32,000 nucleotides of DNA from Idiomarina loihiensis L2TR (lineage in GTDB: Bacteria; Pseudomonadota; Gammaproteobacteria; Enterobacterales; Alteromonadaceae): positions 1,920,001-1,952,000 of the forward strand of contig NC_006512.1 in NCBI RefSeq assembly GCF_000008465.1, in the 5' to 3' direction. The position numbers and the translations under genes were made by a program. The notes beneath the pieces were generated by a model, which did no database searches, was not told the DNA's origin, and saw only the letters and a list, made by a program, of their open reading frames with translations. Below, one piece after another: positions 27,440 through 32,000 of this stretch; the first letter of the stretch is position 1, and each line of letters opens with the position of its first letter.

Positions 27440-27786
27440 AACCCGTTCTTCAACTCAGCAACAAACTCATCGAGAGATCTACCCATATCGAAAACACCAA
27501 AGTCAAAATCAACGTAGTAGACAGTACCAACAGAATTTGTAAAAAGCACGTTATCGCCTAAGGTGACGGCAAAAGGGCTGAGTTCCATGCCATTCAGGTA
27601 GGGTTTGTAAGCATTAACTATCTGCTCTTTATCTTTCTGGGGAATCTGTTCAATAATTTCCAGATTTCTATCCGGTATTTTCTCGGCAAGCTCCCGATAC
27701 AAAGACACATCAATAAACTTTCCTACAATATCTGTGTTGTGAGCAGGGGGCGTCAACGGTATGTCCTCTGTATTGCATAGAGTCAA
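27436..27786 (-). CDS. Hypothetical protein, SUKH/SMI1-KNR4-like C-terminal pattern (possible immunity-type protein)
   Basis: 116 aa. The C-terminus ..FAVTLGDNVLFTNSVGTVYYVDFDFGVFDMGRSLDEFVAEL resembles the SUKH fold signature. The only available start is TTG at 27786, with no SD and an in-frame stop 3 codons upstream, so the N-terminus may be degraded. Confidence 0.45.
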   Translation of the reverse strand: MTLCNTEDIPLTPPAHNTDIVGKFIDVSLYRELAEKIPDRNLEIIEQIPQKDKEQIVNAYKPYLNGMELSPFAVTLGDNVLFTNSVGTVYYVDFDFGVFDMGRSLDEFVAELKNGL

Positions 27787-27932
27787 AGGGGACTATCTTA
27801 CCTGTTGAAATTAAAAAATTACCAGCACCTTTACTTCACTTGACGACTCTTTACATCAACAATTCAAAGGTTAGATGCTGAACTTATCGAAAGTACTTAG
27901 CCGAGGTGTATTCGGGGAGCAAAGCGCTGAGG

Positions 27933-28529
27933 TTAGTCCTCAGCACTATTTTCAGACTCTTCTGACTTAGCCGCCTGTTCCAGTATTTTCTCGCGGAAGT
28001 TTTCCAGGCCTTTCATTACTAAATCGTAGGTTTTGTCGACACCACTTTCGACTTCGCCTTCGTATGCTTGTAAGCCTGTAAGAATATTTTTGGCGTCATC
28101 AAAGCCTTTTTCGATACCGCCAGTAATAGCTTCCATGAAATTATTCAGAGTTTCTTCTTCCGATTCGCCCGGGTTCATTTCCTTGTAGCGGCCATAAAAA
28201 TTGGTCGCAAAAGAAACAATGCGATCAGCCGTGGCCTCAGGAGAAGTATCAACGCCGGAGTCGTAAATTTTCTGCGTGGCGTTTTTGCCCATTACTGGTT
28301 CCAGCTCGGCGTTAATGCCTTCCAGCGCCGTTTTGTACAGTAAGCTGAGCGAGTCATTATTACTGTTCAGCGATACCCGTTCATGAGCGCGCAAAATGCC
28401 AGCATTATTTGCCTGCTTAGACTGCGCTGCCATCTCTTTCATGCTGTTGCGGTTGTCGTCGGTTTTTGCCGGACTGTTCTGTTTACCAGAACCCGTTACG
28501 GAGGTGCTATTACCTGTAGTAATTGACAT
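27933..28529 (-). CDS. DUF5610-like hypothetical protein
   Basis: 198 aa with an AGGAG SD. It has a low-complexity N-terminus, then ..SPEATADRIVSFATNFYGRY...FMEAITGGIEKGFDDAKNILTGL...VDKTYDLVMKGLENF, which matches my recollection of DUF5610. Confidence 0.6.
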   Translation of the reverse strand: MSITTGNSTSVTGSGKQNSPAKTDDNRNSMKEMAAQSKQANNAGILRAHERVSLNSNNDSLSLLYKTALEGINAELEPVMGKNATQKIYDSGVDTSPEATADRIVSFATNFYGRYKEMNPGESEEETLNNFMEAITGGIEKGFDDAKNILTGLQAYEGEVESGVDKTYDLVMKGLENFREKILEQAAKSEESENSAED

Positions 28530-28654
28530 AATATTGCTCCTGAAAAGTTCGGCTATAGCTTGATTTTAGTATAGCCCGTAACTTGTTAACGGCAGCTTCC
28601 GGTTAAAATTTAACCTTTTTTATTTGTTTTTATCAGGAGAGTTCGAGCACAGCA

Positions 28655-29080
28655 TTAAGATGTATATTCCATAATGAGCTCAGGGTGCCCCGTATGCTCA
28701 TCAACTTTTTCGTCCGTTGAAATAAATCCATGCTTTTCATAAAAACTTATGCTCGGGGAATTACCTTTGTAAACCGCAAGTTGCAAGCTCTCTCGCCTGC
28801 TCTTAGCGTCATTAAGTAAGAGCGTTCCGATTCCTTTGCCCTGAGCACCTGGAGTTACAAAAATTGCAGCCAAAGTGTGTTCATAAAGACTATAGAAACC
28901 GTATATTTCCCCTTCAAATTCGAATACAAAGGTCTCCGATGCAGGAATGTACATCTCACGCATGTCGCTAACCTTTGACTCCCAAAATTCCGCTTCTATA
29001 AAACTATGAGCTTTTATTGATGCAGAGAGCCATATTTCCAAAACCCGCTCAAGATCTGCTTCCTGATACTCCCGAATCAC
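28655..29080 (-). CDS. GNAT family N-acetyltransferase
   Basis: Acetyl-CoA motif A: IFVTPGAQGKGIGTLLL, plus FYEKHGF. I prefer the GTG at 29080 (product MIREYQEADLERVLEIWL, AGGGAAAGTAGG upstream). The track start, GTG at 29116, is the alternative. Confidence 0.85.
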   Translation of the reverse strand: MIREYQEADLERVLEIWLSASIKAHSFIEAEFWESKVSDMREMYIPASETFVFEFEGEIYGFYSLYEHTLAAIFVTPGAQGKGIGTLLLNDAKSRRESLQLAVYKGNSPSISFYEKHGFISTDEKVDEHTGHPELIMEYTS

Positions 29081-29118
29081 CCTACTTTCCCTCACTATTT
29101 GTAACCCAACTGCCACAC

Positions 29119-29583
29119 TTATTTTGCGTGCATTGAACTGTTAAGTTCAATTTCCATCGGCTGATAAATCAGCCCCTTAGACTCTCCTGTAGCACCTTTG
29201 CACTCAAAACCATAGCTCTCATAAGCGGGTACGGAAGACAGAGAAGCGCTAACCGTTACAATATCGGTTCTCGCGTGTTCCAACGCAGCTGCCAGCAATT
29301 TTTTACCCACACCTTTCTTCTGGTAGTCAGAACTAACGAATAACATTGCTACGTGACGCCCTTGTTTGAGCTCTATCACGCCCACAGTTTTACCGTCGCT
29401 TTCAGCAACAAGCATCAAATTATCGCCCTTCATTCGCTCACCGAACGAATGACTTGCGGCAATTGTTGAGAAGGTTGATACGCCTTCATCAGATAAGCTA
29501 TCAGCTACAGATTGAAGAAACGAGGCTAAGCAGATGGCGCTTACAGCTTCAAGATCCTTCTCTTCCATTTTCCTGATAATCAC
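29119..29583 (-). CDS. GNAT family N-acetyltransferase
   Basis: 154 aa. Motif A LFVSSDYQKKGVGKKLL, plus YESYGF. The GTG start has a GGGAGG SD. Confidence 0.85.
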   Translation of the reverse strand: MIIRKMEEKDLEAVSAICLASFLQSVADSLSDEGVSTFSTIAASHSFGERMKGDNLMLVAESDGKTVGVIELKQGRHVAMLFVSSDYQKKGVGKKLLAAALEHARTDIVTVSASLSSVPAYESYGFECKGATGESKGLIYQPMEIELNSSMHAK

Positions 29584-29625
29584 CGAAACCTCCCGAAATT
29601 TAATACTACTGCGAGTGTCACCAAC

Positions 29626-30054
29626 TCAAGCTCCAAGTAATGGTCGTTGCTTCAAGCTATGGTATTTCAGCGCCATCTGGAGGCAATGACTTAATGGTCC
29701 GCTCGCAGGATACGCACTTAAGGGGATAACAATAGCTCTTTTTCCTTCGTACTGGAATTCATCCGGGTAGACCTCTTTAAAGGTTTCGACCAAGACTGTC
29801 TGACAATGAAAGTAAACCCTAATGACATCGGGATCTTTTGGCTTCCAGTCCATTCGGATTGTACTACCGCCTTTCACAAGATAGCTAGGCTCGCCCCACT
29901 TGAGAGTCTCTTCAACAGCGCCCAAAGCATTTTCTTCGGCTACTGAAAAAATTAGGCTGCGAACATTTTCAAGCTGCCTTTGTGCCTCTACCGGGTAGGA
30001 AGTAAATTTGGCTTGTATGTCCGCGCAAGCGTTTGATTCATCTATTTCTGACAT
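29626..30054 (-). CDS. DUF1801 (YdhG-like) domain protein
   Basis: 142 aa. ..ETLKWGEPSYLVKGGSTIRMDWKPKDPDVIRVYFHCQT.. fits the DUF1801 pattern as I recall it. Confidence 0.6.
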   Translation of the reverse strand: MSEIDESNACADIQAKFTSYPVEAQRQLENVRSLIFSVAEENALGAVEETLKWGEPSYLVKGGSTIRMDWKPKDPDVIRVYFHCQTVLVETFKEVYPDEFQYEGKRAIVIPLSAYPASGPLSHCLQMALKYHSLKQRPLLGA

Positions 30055-30087
30055 TGCGCGCCTCTATTCGTGAAGTCAGTGCTTAGC

Positions 30088-30252
30088 TCAGTTGTTCATT
30101 GGCGAGTTCATCGTCCAATTCTTTCGTAAAAGCCCAGTGGTCACCGGTATCAAATGCGACGACCCAGGCTCCCTGTGCGGCGCTATCTTGTAGAGAGCTG
30201 TTACGAGTACCAAAACAACAATTACGGTTATAAAGGCTGTCATAATTTCCAT
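30088..30252 (-). CDS. Possible small single-pass membrane protein (54 aa)
   Basis: The ATG at 30252 has an AAGGAAC SD about 9 nt upstream. MEIMTAFITVIVVLVLVTALYKI is one TM helix. I recognise no homology. Confidence 0.3.
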   Translation of the reverse strand: MEIMTAFITVIVVLVLVTALYKIAPHREPGSSHLIPVTTGLLRKNWTMNSPMNN

Positions 30253-30314
30253 ATTCAGTTTGTTCCTTTGTCCGGCCTTATCTGTTCCGCTGTTTTGGTT
30301 TGTCAGCATTTAAA

Positions 30315-31736
30315 TTAACGATATCTTGTGATGAGCTCATTAATTTTTCTTCTGACAGGCGCTACAGTGTTAGATTGATTAGCTAAAATAACCACGATAA
30401 ATCCTTTATCTAAATATATGTCTAAACGCGCATCCACGCCTAAGTATGCGCCACCATGACCAACAATTCGATTATTCGGCTCGCCGCTAACAGAGAAACC
30501 ATAACCATACCAAAACGCGGAGTTGTAGTCGGTTTTTTCACTGTATGCTTCTTCAGTAAGCTCCTTGCTAAGTAGCTTATACTCAGTCAATGCTATAGCG
30601 AATTTATGTAAGTCCCCCACGGTAGAAAAACCACCGCCCGCTGGGCTGCCCTTAATTGCTCTGGTGTAAATGCTGTTAACCCAGTCATCACTGTAGCTTC
30701 GTTTCAAGTAGCCAGTAGCTAAGTTTTGATTTGATGAATCCAACTCGAAGCTACCTGTATTTATCATCCCAGCTTTGTTGTAAATGTTTTCTTGTACGTA
30801 GTCATAATAGGACGTACCCGTTACGCTTTCGATAACAAGCCCAAGCATTAGCATTCCTGAGTTACTATATCTATTCTGTGTACCCGGCGAAAATAGCAAT
30901 GGAGAGCTGGATACAAGTGGTTTATAGGCAGTTAGATCCCGGTAAGCTTCCTTGTTGCTTTTATTAAATTCGTCGTTAAAAAAGTTTCCAAAGCCTGAAG
31001 TATGCGTTAAGAGGTGACGAACCGTTATTGCTTCGACTTCTCCTTGTGGCAACCAACTGGTGTCTACGAAATCTATCAGTTTGTCTTCAAATTTAAGCTT
31101 GCCTTGTTCAATAAGTTGTAACGCCGCAACTGCTGTAAACATCTTGTTCATTGAACCCAAAGAAAATTTTGTCTCTACTTCATTTTTCACGCGCCACGGT
31201 CTATTCGCATAGCCAACAGCTTCCTGAAATAAGACATCTTTTCCTTCGGCAACTAAAACAACACCTGAAAAAGCTTCGTTTCGGGCTAACTTATCAATAA
31301 AGTTAGTGAGTTTCTGTTTTAGTTCTTGTGCAGTAATGGTTGTTAACTTTTGAGAATCAGATGTAACGTCTTCAAAGGTGAAATAATTGATCTTAAACGG
31401 AGATTTTCTTTCTCTATTTATCATTAAATTGTATTCAAGGTCATTGTTGCTTGAAATTACACGAACGCGCTCATTACCATTTTCCGCGGAAAGGTGCTTC
31501 TGCACCTCAAGTTGCCCAAAGGTATTTTGCTGATTTAGTAAAACGCCAACATGTGCATCAATCCCATACCTTTCAATCTGACTATTTGACATGTTTTTCT
31601 GTAAGTATTTAATAACCTCTGTTCGTGAGCCTTCGTTAAAAACTCCCACAAAGGATTTAGCAAACTTTTCATCGGCAAATGCTAATTTGGAAAAATAGAC
31701 AGGTATTAATAATAGAAGTATGTATTTAGTTCGCAT
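30315..31736 (-). CDS. Beta-lactamase-family serine hydrolase (class C / PBP4*-EstB-like) with an N-terminal extra domain; secreted
   Basis: 473 aa with signal peptide MRTKYILLLLIPVYFSKLAFA. It has an S-x-x-K motif (FSLGSMNKMF), a Y-x-N motif (RYSNSG) and a GHGG motif in place of KTG. About 150 aa lie N-terminal to the catalytic domain. AGGA SD. Confidence 0.8.
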   Translation of the reverse strand: MRTKYILLLLIPVYFSKLAFADEKFAKSFVGVFNEGSRTEVIKYLQKNMSNSQIERYGIDAHVGVLLNQQNTFGQLEVQKHLSAENGNERVRVISSNNDLEYNLMINRERKSPFKINYFTFEDVTSDSQKLTTITAQELKQKLTNFIDKLARNEAFSGVVLVAEGKDVLFQEAVGYANRPWRVKNEVETKFSLGSMNKMFTAVAALQLIEQGKLKFEDKLIDFVDTSWLPQGEVEAITVRHLLTHTSGFGNFFNDEFNKSNKEAYRDLTAYKPLVSSSPLLFSPGTQNRYSNSGMLMLGLVIESVTGTSYYDYVQENIYNKAGMINTGSFELDSSNQNLATGYLKRSYSDDWVNSIYTRAIKGSPAGGGFSTVGDLHKFAIALTEYKLLSKELTEEAYSEKTDYNSAFWYGYGFSVSGEPNNRIVGHGGAYLGVDARLDIYLDKGFIVVILANQSNTVAPVRRKINELITRYR

Positions 31737-31857
31737 TTATTTGTCCTAACGTATTAGAATGTTGGACTTAATTTGTTCAGAAAACTCGCTTAAGTCGATG
31801 AAGAAATTGATATTTTTTTGCGATTTTTTTGTGATTGACGAAAACTAAGGACTGTAA

Positions 31858-32000
31858 ATGTCAGATTTTTCAATAGAAAGCTTAGGTAAGACACCTTTCT
31901 TTCTTGACGAGTTTTTAGTCGACGCTCAGCGCAATACCCTATCGGTTAACGACTCAGTACAAACCGTTGAACCAAAAGTTATGCAGGTGTTGTTAGTTCT
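31858..32000 (+). CDS. Winged-helix (OmpR/PhoB-type, CadC/ToxR-like) transcriptional regulator, N-terminal fragment; continues past the window end
   Basis: The ATG at 31858 has AAGGA 6 nt upstream. I translated MSDFSIESLGKTPFFLDEFLVDAQRNTLSVNDSVQTVEPKVMQVLLV. The F.LdeF.Vd...n.L......v.lEPKvmqvL pattern is typical of CadC-family DNA-binding domains. Confidence 0.6.
   Translation, partial: MSDFSIESLGKTPFFLDEFLVDAQRNTLSVNDSVQTVEPKVMQVLLV

Noticed and set aside
28655-29583. The tandem GNAT genes, as a recent duplication
   Set aside because: The two proteins share only the generic GNAT motif A and are otherwise dissimilar, so they are not paralogues from a recent duplication.
1-32000. CRISPR arrays, restriction-modification systems, toxin-antitoxin pairs, retrons or other recognised defence systems; prophage or integron features
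   Set aside because: I saw no regularly spaced direct repeats, no cas, methyltransferase, nuclease or reverse-transcriptase-like translations, and no integrase other than the two IS transposases.

Overview
This window is a chromosomal segment of a gammaproteobacterium. MotY (Na+-type polar flagellum) and an Rnf complex suggest a marine Alteromonadales/Vibrionales-like organism, but that is inference only.

Positions 1-19.4 kb are mostly conserved core genes:
- an IS110-family element running off the left edge, abutting a truncated membrane PAS sensor
- a MATE transporter gene overlapping uvrB
- a class-I aminotransferase
- a 0.7-kb AT-rich non-coding region carrying a tight DnaA-box cluster
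- two tandem identical tRNA-Asn(GTT) genes
- a glycosyltransferase/PAP2 gene pair
- rnfABCDGE-nth, then motY, rnt, a 2-Cys peroxiredoxin, grxD and sodB. This order echoes the E. coli rsx-nth ... rnt-grxD-sodB neighbourhood.

At 19.47 kb a complete IS4-family element with an 11-bp target duplication has split the sodB terminator. The rest of the window (about 20.9-32 kb) looks accessory. It holds:
- a secreted alpha/beta hydrolase
- an unusual fusion of a class D (OXA-like) beta-lactamase to a ClpP-like domain
- a DUF748 giant protein
- mtfA
- three translationally coupled small genes, one resembling a SUKH immunity protein
- a DUF5610-like protein, two GNAT acetyltransferases and a DUF1801 protein
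- a class-C-type serine hydrolase and the start of a CadC/ToxR-like regulator

I recognised no CRISPR array, restriction-modification system, toxin-antitoxin pair or known defence system. The most novel-looking items are the OXA/ClpP-like fusion protein and the DARS/datA-like DnaA-box cluster. All calls rest on reading the translations and sequence by eye. No database search was run.
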